Assembly (NCBI GenBank): GCA_977862235.1
Contig: OZ374561.1
Location: forward strand, 310,001 to 374,000
DNA length: 64,000 nt
Reading direction: 5' to 3'
From: Dudresnaya verticillata
Taxonomy: Eukaryota
The notes under the pieces are model-generated. The model ran no database searches and was not told the DNA's origin. It saw nothing but the letters and a program-made list of their open reading frames with translations. How positions within the stretch are numbered: the stretch's first letter is position 1; every line of letters starts with the position of its first letter. Below are positions 46,097 to 56,907 of the stretch, in pieces. A program made the position numbers and the translations under genes.

Positions 46097-47980
46097 TCAC
46101 GTATCCACCGTACTCATTTTTTTCTTCTTAGGGGAAGAGGGTCTGTCGCTGTCTTGGGCGGTCTTGTCTGCATCAACCCTCTCAACTGGCGCATTCGGCT
46201 CTTTAGGGCGTCTACCTTCTCCTGTATCTCCTTTGCTATCATCCTTTGGCGTTCCAACATTACCGATTTTGTCCTCCGGCGGTGCTACGTCCTGCATTTC
46301 AACGTCCTCATTTGCGGACACAGGCTCTCCTCGTGTCGTCGGCAAACTTTCACCCCTATCTCCTGAGGTCAGTTCTGTAGGCTTTCCAGTGGAATTTGGC
46401 ATCACCTTATTCACTCCACTCTCATCAGGTTCGCTGCTCACTGTTCTGGTTTGGGTGCTTTGGCCTTCGACGGCCTCTGCAGCAAGCAACAACTTCTCCT
46501 CGTCCATATCGTCATCCAACATGGCATTTTCGGGTTCCGGGGCGATTCGACGCCTTCGTGCCTCAATGAAGTACTCGTTCGGATGAGTTGGAATATACTC
46601 TGGGTTTCCAACGTCTGCCATTGCATGATGGCCAGGTTGAGATGCGACAAAGCACATGCCACATGCAGTCTGAAAATTTCCTTCTCTTGCCTTAGCCGCA
46701 ATAGCAGGAATCCTGTTCGGGTCTGCACCAATTCTCCGCAGGGCATTCCTCAAGCGAGTCTCCTCAAATTCGCGATATGGACACCCATTGTGCTCTCCCG
46801 GACCTGGACGATCGTTGATTACTCGAATGCAAGGAAATGGGGACAAATTCTTCCGCTTCCCTTCCTTACCATAGTGATGTCGAATATTGTAGGCATAGGT
46901 CTTGGCAAACTTCTCTGCGTTAATGGCTCCCTTACCAAACTCAGTCTTCCAGAAGCGGAGCGATTCGTCCATGGTCAAACCACAGCCTTTCAGGAAAACG
47001 CCAAGCTGCATCCTGGCAGCATGCCTCAAATGGTGTTGCTCGCGTAGCTTTGCCATCATGTTCCACATGCAGAGCGGCATTGCCGCGACAGAGTCGTTCA
47101 GCTGGTTCAGGTTGATACATTCAATGGCTTGCGAGGGGTCGAAGCCCTTCTTCCCTTGTTCGTCCAGTGCGTGGTGTGCCCGAATCGACTCCAGGATTGG
47201 CCTCATCCTCGCGTCCCCGTCCGCTAGCGACACAGCCTTCGACGCTGTCATCAGCGCCTTGCTGAGCTTGGAGCGGAATTGTGCAGACACAACATCCAGA
47301 ATATTCTGCTCCGGTACATAAGCGACTCCGCGATGTAGGAAAACTCGCCGATGGCGCACAAGCGAAGGAACTTCCTCAAACGCGATGGTATAGTACTTCG
47401 TACCAGAGTCACCGCGTTGCCGACATGGCCCTCTAGCAACTGCATCAAGTTCCGCGCGAAATCTGTCAAGGTCGGCCTGCGGCGCGAGGCGAACCACAGG
47501 GCCATCTGCCTTTTCGATAGCGCGGAGAGCGAACTCGGCGCCAGCGCCCTCCAAGCGCGCTTTGAATAGGTCGTACTCCGTTACAAGCAGCCAGTTGCGA
47601 TGTTCATGCGTCTTGCACAGTGCGAGACGCAAGAGGAAGTGCGAGGCCTCATCCTTGAGGATGCGGTCGTCGCGATCTGGATTCCCTACAGGCGGGATGT
47701 TGAGCCCTGCAACGCGCTCCGCCGTGCGTACTGCAGTTCGCAGAGAGTTGGCGGTGTTCGCAGATTGTGGCCCGATGCTCGTTGCTGCTCTGGCTGACTC
47801 GGCGGCTTTCAGAACCTTGAGACGGTCTAGTGCAATACCCTCTAGCTCCTCGATATCGAATGAAATGTCGCTTAGGGAGGAGGTGAGGTACAGAGGGGCG
47901 TATGAGGCGGCGGCACTGGCGGATGCACGCCTTCCTCCAGCGGTTTTCGAAGGGGTTCCCCCCGCGCGGGCGACCTGCAT
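46097..47980 (-). CDS. PRIM2: DNA primase large subunit
   Basis: DRLKVLK, KDEASHFLLRLA, MPLCM, HLRHAARMQLGVFLKGCGL, YNIRHHYGKEGKR, HNGCPY, HPNEYF; four Fe-S Cys. ATG at 47980 preferred over the ORF-track start. Confidence 0.95.
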   Translation of the reverse strand: MQVARAGGTPSKTAGGRRASASAAASYAPLYLTSSLSDISFDIEELEGIALDRLKVLKAAESARAATSIGPQSANTANSLRTAVRTAERVAGLNIPPVGNPDRDDRILKDEASHFLLRLALCKTHEHRNWLLVTEYDLFKARLEGAGAEFALRAIEKADGPVVRLAPQADLDRFRAELDAVARGPCRQRGDSGTKYYTIAFEEVPSLVRHRRVFLHRGVAYVPEQNILDVVSAQFRSKLSKALMTASKAVSLADGDARMRPILESIRAHHALDEQGKKGFDPSQAIECINLNQLNDSVAAMPLCMWNMMAKLREQHHLRHAARMQLGVFLKGCGLTMDESLRFWKTEFGKGAINAEKFAKTYAYNIRHHYGKEGKRKNLSPFPCIRVINDRPGPGEHNGCPYREFEETRLRNALRRIGADPNRIPAIAAKAREGNFQTACGMCFVASQPGHHAMADVGNPEYIPTHPNEYFIEARRRRIAPEPENAMLDDDMDEEKLLLAAEAVEGQSTQTRTVSSEPDESGVNKVMPNSTGKPTELTSGDRGESLPTTRGEPVSANEDVEMQDVAPPEDKIGNVGTPKDDSKGDTGEGRRPKEPNAPVERVDADKTAQDSDRPSSPKKKKMSTVDT

Positions 47981-48485
47981 GGCGAGCTCGAGGGTTGTGT
48001 TCTGTGGGGATAGGGGAGAGGGTGTCTGGTTGTCTGGTGGGGCAAGCCTTCGGAGGGGGTAAGATGGGTAAAGACTGGGGAAGTACGAGCAGGCGTAACA
48101 ACGAGCAGTTCCCGATCGGCTCAACTTTTGGCGGGAAAAGGTGAAGGCCTTCGCAAATTGAATGGTTGGGTATGACACCGCTTCTGAAAAGCATCCAACC
48201 AAAACGTGCAAAGAGACGCTGCGTCGGCCCATGCAAGACGGAGAAGGGTGTACATCAGCAAATAAGAAGCGACCAAGCGTCGTGTTGAGTCGACTGTAAG
48301 GGATTGCACCCACGAGACAACAGCTGCTGCCTTCGAGCTGGCATATTTGAACAGCATCAGCCATCGACTTCCACCAGGAGACGAACGGCAGCCCGTCGCC
48401 TGAGCACCATTTCGACCGTCCTTCTCAGCCTGCATTCCCCGACCACGTGCTCGCCCCATGCGGCGCGCACGCTCGTGCATGTCCT

Positions 48486-51434
48486 ATGCGCAGATTTCTC
48501 ACCCTTATCGGAGGCGCAGATCAACCACCGCAGGATGGGGCGCTTGAAGAGTACGACTACTCGTCCGACAGGGGTGAGCGTGAACAGCCTCCCGTGGCGG
48601 ATGGCGACGCCCTAGGAGGTAGTGAAGGTGGCGCGACTCCCATCGACGACTTGGCGGACGATTTGAAAGTGCTACCGGAAGGCGGAACTGGCGAGTCTGA
48701 CGCGGTCCCGAAGCTCGATACGCAGACATCGCCGCTTCACCGCCTGCACGACCTTGTCTTGGTGCTGCGCCGATATGTCGGAGATGATGATGATGTGGCA
48801 GATGCGGACATTGTCATTGATGCCTTGAAGGATCTTGCAGAGGTCATGGTCTGGGCAGACCAGCACGATCCGAACATATGGGATGCATTTCTGGAGTTTG
48901 CAGTTATGCCACTTCTGGTTCGTTGCTTGCGTACGACACAGGAGCTCGCCGTGGTGGAAGTTAAAGAGGAAGGTGATCAGGCTTTGGAGGTGTTAGTCCG
49001 TGACGACGCTGGGAATATAGAAAAGGAGGTTGGGCATGCCCTGGAGAGTGTTGCGAATGGCTCTCGTGGCACCAGCGATGGGAAGCACGATGCTCACGAT
49101 GGGAAGCACAATGATCACGATGGGCTCCTGGTGGTTGGGGAGGATGTGGAATTCGACAGAGAGTTTACAGATCAACTGAAATCTTCAGGAACGAGTATCC
49201 CGGGCAATGCTAGCAATGAGCTCGCGGGCTTGAGCGATGGTGCAGAGGGCGGAAGAGATGAAGTGGAAGACTCCGAAACTGCGGTTAGGGTAAATGGCGT
49301 ATCTTCTGGACATGTTGCTGTGAACGGTCCTGATTCTATGCCGCCAGCCAACAGCCATGGCAAAGCGGGAGATGACATAGCAGAAGAAGCAAATCAGAGC
49401 GTTGAGCAGGGCCCTATTCGGACGTCGTTGGATATTCAAGCCCAACTACTACAAACAATCTCAATCATCATCCAGAGTGTGACTCGCCACCAATCTCTGT
49501 TGTGTCTCTTTTCGTCGAACCACATTAACGAGATTCTATCCTTCCCGTTTTCCTTTGAGCAAGATGAGATGCTTGCCTACTTCATGTCGGCAGTGAAGTC
49601 AATCGCTCTCAAGTTGGATGAAGGGTTACTACAGCTTTTCTTTGATCCAGCGAGGGGGTCGTTCCCGCTTTATACTGCTGTTACTCACTTCTTCGACCAT
49701 CCCGAATCCATGGTTCGCATTGCCGTTCGAAATGTAACACTAACGATATACGCACTTGGCGATGCAGAAGTTTTGAAATTTGCTGCAAAAGACGACACCT
49801 TGTACTTTCAAAAGGCAGTAGAATTACTTGCAAGGCTGTGTGGCAGTGTGGCCAGAGCATTTGAGTTGCTGCTCGACGATGGACGCGAGATCCGCAGAAC
49901 AAGAAGTCGGACAGGTATTTTTCGACGCCGAGTGAAGACAGCTGAGCTAACTGCGAAACTAGACGAGATTGAGAATATGTGTGCCTATCTTGGCGAAGTC
50001 TCTACTGTGTCCAAGTCCTATATGTATCCACTGGTGATGAACCTCCTAAGCTCTAGGCTATTTAGCCCATTCTTTCGCCCTCTGGCATCACAAGCTTCCC
50101 CAGAGGCAATACAACTCTTGCACAAGCGATGGCGCCTTACTAGATCAGCATTCGAATCTGACACAAGGCCTGCGCTCCCACTTCTCGACGCAGCGGCTCG
50201 ATGTCTTGTTCTTGCATGCGTTCTGACCCACTGCAAAGCATCACCACTGGGTAGTGTTCTCGTTCGAGACTTATGTCGCCCAACCTTAGAATTTGAACAC
50301 CGCCATGTTCTCCACGGCCTCAAAGCAATGGCAACTGACATATCTGGGACAGAGCGAGTTACATTTATTGCGCTTTGCGCAATTGAAGCATTCATCAACT
50401 GCGATTCGGCTTCAAGGCAGGTGCTCAGTACGTTGAAGTACGACTTCTACCTCAAAGATGAAGACGCATTCCTAGTAGATGGGGAAAATGATACTTCAAC
50501 TTCTCTTATCAATATCGGAATGCCGGACGAGGATGACCTTGAGCGACGCTCGGTAGAGCCACTCATGATGACCCTGTCAGATTTTGACGCGCCGCTGACA
50601 CCCAATTCATCTCGGCCGTCGACGCCAACGCTACCTACGATGGCCTCAATGGCCTCAATGGGATCATTGGATGGGCTAAACACCCCTCCTAACGGTAGTA
50701 TGGAGAATCGTCTTCCGAGCTTCGATAGCACATTTGGTTTGACTATTTCCCCGCCTGCTTCGACGCCACCTCCAGTGGAAAGAAGTGATAGCGATGGCAT
50801 TCTGTCTTCCTTCCAACTCGGTGAGGCGTCCCTGAGAGAAGCTATTTCCTCAGTCGTTCTAGTGGTTCGCAGACGCGAGGTACGAACGCTGAGGGTTATG
50901 TACCGTGTTGTTGGCATTATCAATGCCGTTCAGGAGAGGACTTCAGACTTCAGCTCGTCAGTGGATGTAACCAAAATTATTCTCGATGAACTGGCCGGGG
51001 TGGTATACACTTACATGAAGAACAAGAGAACAACGATTGTGTCAATCGAACAAATGTTCGACAACTTTCGGTCTGCGGCAGATTCATCCGATCAATTGCG
51101 CAAGGGGTTCCGCACCCTGAGTTTCCTTCTCTCTCCTGATGCATTACCAAGCATAGCCTCTGATTTCCCGAAGGGTACAGGAAAGCGAAGGAGGGTCCTC
51201 ACAGAAGATGCTGCGCCGCCCACAGAAGTTGAGGATGCTCAGGCATTCTTCATTATGGCGCATGCTTACGACGACGCATTACGAGCTGCAAAAGCGCTGG
51301 AGCGATTTGGTTGCTTGTCAAAACAACTTGTAGAAGCATTGACTGATAGTGATGTGGAGGATTCCTACCTGGAAAAGCGAGATGCTTTAGAATCAGTTAG
51401 CGAGATTGTGCTCAAACATGGCGAAGTAAGATGA
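48486..51434 (+). CDS. CLEC16A/TT9-like FPL-domain protein
   Basis: LAEVMVWADQHD, QLLQTISIIIQ, LFSSNHINEI, FPLY..FFDHPESMVRIAVRNVTLTIY. Confidence 0.9.
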   Translation: MRRFLTLIGGADQPPQDGALEEYDYSSDRGEREQPPVADGDALGGSEGGATPIDDLADDLKVLPEGGTGESDAVPKLDTQTSPLHRLHDLVLVLRRYVGDDDDVADADIVIDALKDLAEVMVWADQHDPNIWDAFLEFAVMPLLVRCLRTTQELAVVEVKEEGDQALEVLVRDDAGNIEKEVGHALESVANGSRGTSDGKHDAHDGKHNDHDGLLVVGEDVEFDREFTDQLKSSGTSIPGNASNELAGLSDGAEGGRDEVEDSETAVRVNGVSSGHVAVNGPDSMPPANSHGKAGDDIAEEANQSVEQGPIRTSLDIQAQLLQTISIIIQSVTRHQSLLCLFSSNHINEILSFPFSFEQDEMLAYFMSAVKSIALKLDEGLLQLFFDPARGSFPLYTAVTHFFDHPESMVRIAVRNVTLTIYALGDAEVLKFAAKDDTLYFQKAVELLARLCGSVARAFELLLDDGREIRRTRSRTGIFRRRVKTAELTAKLDEIENMCAYLGEVSTVSKSYMYPLVMNLLSSRLFSPFFRPLASQASPEAIQLLHKRWRLTRSAFESDTRPALPLLDAAARCLVLACVLTHCKASPLGSVLVRDLCRPTLEFEHRHVLHGLKAMATDISGTERVTFIALCAIEAFINCDSASRQVLSTLKYDFYLKDEDAFLVDGENDTSTSLINIGMPDEDDLERRSVEPLMMTLSDFDAPLTPNSSRPSTPTLPTMASMASMGSLDGLNTPPNGSMENRLPSFDSTFGLTISPPASTPPPVERSDSDGILSSFQLGEASLREAISSVVLVVRRREVRTLRVMYRVVGIINAVQERTSDFSSSVDVTKIILDELAGVVYTYMKNKRTTIVSIEQMFDNFRSAADSSDQLRKGFRTLSFLLSPDALPSIASDFPKGTGKRRRVLTEDAAPPTEVEDAQAFFIMAHAYDDALRAAKALERFGCLSKQLVEALTDSDVEDSYLEKRDALESVSEIVLKHGEVR

Positions 51435-51612
51435 GTTAAAGGCAGTCCTTTTTATTTTGCTTAGCAATACAGAGGTGATGAATGAGCGATTCATCTAAGA
51501 AGTCCCAAGATGGAAGACTCTCTGAAACAGTCAACGCCGCGCACGAATACCACGGAGACTTGTTTTGTTGCAAAAACGGTTAATCAAGGTCAGTCAGAAA
51601 TACTAGCTGCTC

Positions 51613-52515
51613 TCATTGCATCTTCTTCTTCATGTCGTTGCTATCAATCATTTCGAACGTCTCCGGTGGTTGAATACGCCACAAGCACATAAAGCCTGGT
51701 ACAAAGATGAGCAAGAATACCAAGCCAACGAGCAAACCTGCAACGCCAGCTTCACTGATTTCCGGTCTGCGCATGCCACTGGGGTTAGGGTTTTCAGCTT
51801 CCTTAGGCGCCTCCTTCGGAGGCTCCTTACCAGCATCACCAGCACTAGCAGCGTCTCCACCGGCCGCAGGTGCCGTGTCAGCCTCGGCAGGTGCCTCACC
51901 ACCCTCGGCTGGTGCCGCATCACCATCCGCAGGTGCTGCGCCACCCTCCGCCGCAGCATCCTCGCGCCCAACCCAAAGTACAGCAAGCTGGCCCTTCACA
52001 CGACGCGAAAGGGAGCGCACGGATTGCATCAACCTGTCCACCTCCCCCGCGGCAACAGACACGGACACGACGTCCGGCTTCCCATCCGCGAACATGGCAA
52101 CACCATCCGAGGCGATCAGTTGCTCGAGCCGAGCAACAGACCACGTCCCCTCCTGTTCCGGTAGCGCCGCGCGCGCCACAAACGAGGTTGGCTCGGCACC
52201 CTCCGCGGCCGACGACAGCCGCTCCAGTACCGCGCGAGGGGCGCTCGGGAAAGACGAGCGCACGACCAGCGTCAGTTCCGGGACTTGTTGCGAGGAGAGC
52301 GAGGATGAAACGGGGAGATCGGCGTCGGAGGCTGAGGTCGGAGTGGCGAGTCGGTCAAGGAGCGACGGTAGGGCGGATTGGGGGAGGACGGCCGCGGCGT
52401 CGGGGCATGACGTGCCTTGGCAGGCGAAGTGGCCGCCAGTTGAATAACCCACCAGGAACGAAGAGGCGAACGCGGCGGGCAAGAGTGCCGCGATGAAGAG
52501 ATGGCGCAAAGTCAT
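51613..52515 (-). CDS. V-ATPase accessory Ac45/Voa1-like type I membrane protein
   Basis: Signal peptide MTLRHLFIAALLPAAFA. C-terminal ISEAGVAGLLVGLVFLLIFVPGFMCLWRIQPPETFE resembles the Ac45/Voa1 TM plus tail. Confidence 0.65.
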   Translation of the reverse strand: MTLRHLFIAALLPAAFASSFLVGYSTGGHFACQGTSCPDAAAVLPQSALPSLLDRLATPTSASDADLPVSSSLSSQQVPELTLVVRSSFPSAPRAVLERLSSAAEGAEPTSFVARAALPEQEGTWSVARLEQLIASDGVAMFADGKPDVVSVSVAAGEVDRLMQSVRSLSRRVKGQLAVLWVGREDAAAEGGAAPADGDAAPAEGGEAPAEADTAPAAGGDAASAGDAGKEPPKEAPKEAENPNPSGMRRPEISEAGVAGLLVGLVFLLIFVPGFMCLWRIQPPETFEMIDSNDMKKKMQ

Positions 52516-53532
52516 TGTGGTGGTACGATGGGATACCGTAAGACGGTGATGAACAGACCGCTCCAAGAGACGATGATGTGCGTTGGAAATCGATTCGTGC
52601 GATGGGATTCTCAAGGTTTTCTTGCCATTATTGCAACGGATGCTGTTTCGGTGTTTGGGTCATCAGGTGGGCTGTGGTGTTTTGCGTTCCAAAGCGCTGC
52701 CGTTTCGAAAGGGCCTTGACAGTGTAAGTATTTTGGCAATGTGAATTACAGTGTGGTCTGGCTCGGCAACTGCGTGCTTCCAATGTGACATCCAACGTCC
52801 ACCCCGAACAGCAGGCGCGACCTGTTGATAGCCGAAGCCTTGCGTGGCAATGTTGTCTAATAACGGCTTGTAACTCCCTGTACCTTCGGCGATAGCGATA
52901 CTATTTGAATCCTGTCTGCAATACGGCACACCCCCGCGGTAACACAACAATCCAGCGATAGGAGCCAAAGAGGCACGACTAGAATTTATCCTGCACACTG
53001 GGTAACGCATTTGAAGAAATTGAGGTGCAGTGAGGACAGTCTTGGTCTCTGAGCACCAACATCAACGCTTGACCGTCGAGACTCTACTCCAACTCACCGC
53101 CGCCCATTGTCTCCACGCTTCGCATACTAGGCTTTCACTGCAAGCGGTGCCGAAACCTTGCAATCTGCTAGAGGTTCCGAATGTCAAGAAATATTCGGCA
53201 GCACTTGCAGCCGGCGAGACCCGACGGTGAGCGAGCGGCTCAAAACACTTGAGCCGAACGGCGCTGTACAGGAGGTGCCTGTCACGTGTCTTTCGCTTGA
53301 TCCATAAACTTGACAAATCTAGTACCGTCCATAAAATTACCAAAATTCAGCCACATTCTCACACGCTACCGTCGACGTCGGTATTCCGCCAATAGAGCCC
53401 CATGAATAAAAAGGTCCCGCTTCATTGTTCGACCCCTCCCGTCAGTGCCACAGACGTTTAGAGGGTGACACAGGGCAAAGCTCTCACCTCCCTTGCCGCT
53501 TCGCCTCCCGAACTCACCCGGAAGTAGAAGCC

Positions 53533-54681
53533 ATGCCCCCCGTTTCAAACGCCGCGCCAAACTCCAAACAGTCTGCAGAAGCTGCGGGCTCAGAGCCATC
53601 AATGGCAGATCTCGTGTTGGACGCCCCTGACGCCCAGCAAAAGGCACTGTCGCGTCTGCTTCCGGACGGAGCCAACCCTAGTGTCATTGGTGATGCAGAC
53701 TTCGACATGACCTCGTCCGACTACTACTTCAATTCGTATGCCCACTTTGGAATACACGAGGAAATGCTCAAGGATGATGTCAGAACGCGCAGCTACATGC
53801 GCGCAATTGTCGACAACCCGCATCTCTTCGAGGGCAAAGTCGTCATGGACGTTGGCTGTGGAACTGGTGTGCTCAGCATCTTCGCCGCTAAGGCTGGTGC
53901 GAAGAAGGTGTACGCCGTTGAGTGCTCGAAAATTGTCGACCAGGCACGGATGATTATTATGGATAACGGCTTCTCGGATGTTATAGAGGTAATGGAGACG
54001 AAGGTGGAGGACATGCAACTTTCAGAGAAGGTCGACATCATCATCTCTGAATGGATGGGCTACTTTTTGTTTTACGAATCAATGCTCGACACTGTGCTGT
54101 TTGCCCGAGACAAATGGCTCAAGCCCGGCGGGCTCATGTTCCCGGACAAGGCAACCCTTTATCTCTGTGCCATTGAGGACGCGCAGTACAAGTCTGAAAA
54201 AATTGACTTCTGGGACAATGTGTACGGGCTTAACATGTCATGTATCAAGAGCGTAGCGCTTACTGAACCGCTAGTGGATACGGTGGATCCCGAGCAGGTC
54301 ATGACTAACGTGAGCGCAGTATTCCCAATTGACACGGCGAAAGTGACTGTTGAGGAGCTCTCCTTCGCAGTCCCGTTTAAGATCACTGCGTTCCGCAACG
54401 ATTACTGCCACGCTCTGGTTGCCTATTTTGATATTGAGTTTTCTCACTGCCTGAAGCCAGTCTCCTTCGTTACTGGCCCGCACGTCAAACCGACGCACTG
54501 GAAACAGACTGTACTTTATCTTGACCGGGCGCTCCCGATGGAGCGCGGAGAGCCGCTAGAGGGCACTCTGGCTTGCAGGCCGAACAAGAAAAACCCACGT
54601 GACCTCGACATTGCAGTGGAGTACAAGTTCAAGGGTCGCCATTCCGAGGCAGAGAACATCTTGCGATATCGTTTGCGATAG
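53533..54681 (+). CDS. PRMT1: Protein arginine N-methyltransferase, PRMT1-like
   Basis: DYYFNSYAHFGIHEEMLKD, VMDVGCGTG, IISEWMGYFLFYE, THWKQT. Confidence 0.96.
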   Translation: MPPVSNAAPNSKQSAEAAGSEPSMADLVLDAPDAQQKALSRLLPDGANPSVIGDADFDMTSSDYYFNSYAHFGIHEEMLKDDVRTRSYMRAIVDNPHLFEGKVVMDVGCGTGVLSIFAAKAGAKKVYAVECSKIVDQARMIIMDNGFSDVIEVMETKVEDMQLSEKVDIIISEWMGYFLFYESMLDTVLFARDKWLKPGGLMFPDKATLYLCAIEDAQYKSEKIDFWDNVYGLNMSCIKSVALTEPLVDTVDPEQVMTNVSAVFPIDTAKVTVEELSFAVPFKITAFRNDYCHALVAYFDIEFSHCLKPVSFVTGPHVKPTHWKQTVLYLDRALPMERGEPLEGTLACRPNKKNPRDLDIAVEYKFKGRHSEAENILRYRLR

Positions 54682-55070
54682 TATCTCTTGCGTCAAACAT
54701 CTGGAGCTTCGGGAAAGGGTAGCTTGCGCGGACTTTAAAACTTGCATGGCTACGCCTACGGTAACAGCAACGGTGTAAAGTTAAGAAGAGGATTGAAGCT
54801 GCTTTGCAAGACACAATAGCTGGAAATGATGGTGTTTATTCTCCACAATATTGCGGAGTATGCTCAATACAATGCCCAATGCCAACGCAACCACTGAGAG
54901 CGAGCATCCTAGAGTACACATCCCATAGCGCAAAACAAATCCTCTTTCCTCATATTCAAAGACGAAGCAGGTTACGCTGTATTACCATGCACGCAACGCG
55001 TATTGTCAAAGCATTGCTTTCAAACACCAGAAGCTTGCTTGAGCTATTCTCCTACCGGCAACCGTAAGAG

Positions 55071-55664
55071 TCAGTAGCCTCCGGTAATGAAGGAACGCAT
55101 ATGGTCCGCGTCCCGCTTATGCGCAGCAACAAGTTCGCTAACGATATCACCAACAGATACCATACCCAGCACTTTTTGTGACCCAGGTTCCACAACAGGA
55201 ATGTGTCTAATCCTTCGCTCAGTCATGAGCTCCATGCACTCATGCAGCGTAGCTGATGGGGCAACACTGGTGAACTGCTTGGTACTCATAATTTCCCGGA
55301 CCAGGGTGGTGCGTGACGAGCGACCCTTCACAATCACCTTGTTCAGATAGTCCTTCTCCGTGATGATACCAACCGGGCGCTTGGCAGGGCCCTCAACGAT
55401 AATCAGCGAACCGATATTGTGCTTTACCATTTCCTTGACGGCGTCATAGACCAGGGCGTCACCACGCGTGAAGTAGAACTTCTCTCCCTTCGTCTTCAGC
55501 ACATCTCGCACAGTTCCCAGGCCCCTCTCCACGGGCGCGGGCGTCGCATCCTGATCCGGACCACGCATCTCCGTGGCGCTCGGCGACGCAGACGTGGTCG
55601 ACAAGGCACGCGGCGCGTAGGCAGCGCGGCGGAAGAGCACCGCAGAGGCACGAAGAAGGGACAT
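55071..55664 (-). CDS. Stand-alone CBS-pair protein with mitochondrial presequence (CBSX3-like)
   Basis: MSLLRASAVLFRR leader, HNIGSL, GIITEKDY, RIRHIPV, GMVSVGDIV, C-terminal FITGGY. Confidence 0.9.
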   Translation of the reverse strand: MSLLRASAVLFRRAAYAPRALSTTSASPSATEMRGPDQDATPAPVERGLGTVRDVLKTKGEKFYFTRGDALVYDAVKEMVKHNIGSLIIVEGPAKRPVGIITEKDYLNKVIVKGRSSRTTLVREIMSTKQFTSVAPSATLHECMELMTERRIRHIPVVEPGSQKVLGMVSVGDIVSELVAAHKRDADHMRSFITGGY

Positions 55665-56907
55665 GCTGATTCAAGGGTCAACCGTGCTCGTCTACTGTGG
55701 CTGGCTGCTAGGACCGAAGCGACCGTCTACCTCTCCACGGGCAGCTGGTTCGGATGTGGAGGGTTGGCGACAGCTTGGTCGCTTGGCCACGAGCTTCCTG
55801 TGAGTTTGGGAAATGGCTGTATATCTGCCTTTATATCGTCCGAAAGCCGCGCAGTCTCACATCCCCAGTCTCGCTCTTCGGTTCCATAGCAGATGAGATT
55901 CCACAGTAGGCTAGAGTGGGCAAGATAGAAACCCTTGGGGATGCCCTTCTTCGAGAGCGATATGGATTGGCCAGGTAGAATCTGTTCAGCAACCCCCTAG
56001 CTGTTCATGCCGAAGGGCACGCGTCCTCACAGACACCTGTCCGACCAAACGCGAGTGGATCTCAAAATCGAGCCACGGCACGGCGGCTCCAGCGAATCCA
56101 GGAAGCGCGAAAGCTGTGCCCGTTGTGATCTGTTTCTCGCAGTCCTTGTCTTCAGTGCTTTTGCTGACCCGCGCGCACAAAATGCGCCTCCCCCAAGCGC
56201 CAGGTATCCAAAAGCCACTCTGAAAGCCAGGTGTAGAATATCTCGAATGGGGCAGGCCGAATGAGATCTCTACTCCAGTGCATGTAGTGGAGATCCAGTC
56301 GCACGAGACTGACGTAGGAACGCGTGTGTGCGGCAAATCTCCGACGCAGCGATTGGATATTTGTAGAATGCAATTCTATTGGTACACCTGGTGCGGATAG
56401 GGCGCGTGAAGGGTGCCAAGGATCTGTAGACTGTTTCTTGTTTATTCCAGACGGGCCCTGGCATTTGCTGCTTCCCGTCACGAAACTCCTCACGCCTAGA
56501 GATGAGACTCAGTGCCGGCCAGTCTACACTGAACCCTCCCCTGCTCCAGTAGCGACTACCAATCAATCCTCCAATATGCAACTTCCGCGCAGGAATACTG
56601 CTGCCGGCAGTGCGGAGCATCGGTAACGGCATGCTCGAAGGTTTCGCAACAACCACTTGATTTCCCGAGAAACAATTGTCTCCCTTGCGTATTGCCAACC
56701 TGGACCACAGATCACCGTCACGCAACAGACGAGAAGGAAGTCATTCCAAAGGTTTAAGCGAGATGGCTTTGGATATCGGAAGCCCCCAGATCATACGGGG
56801 CACCACTTGCCTCATCTCCAGTACCGCTGCTTCCCACGAACCATGGCCCGCTAAACCGAGTCGATATGGCTGATTTGGCTTCTCTCCGCGCGTGTAATCC
56901 TTCCGCA

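Noticed and set aside
46097..48364. ORF-track N-terminal extensions (primase, DUF218, GR, DUF1295, PRMT1, Ac45-like)
   Set aside because: Most use non-ATG starts or run through UTR-like sequence; downstream ATGs fit the families better.
55900..56900. Overlapping short ORFs between the CBS and chromate transporter genes
   Set aside because: May be a decayed gene, but no motif could be identified.
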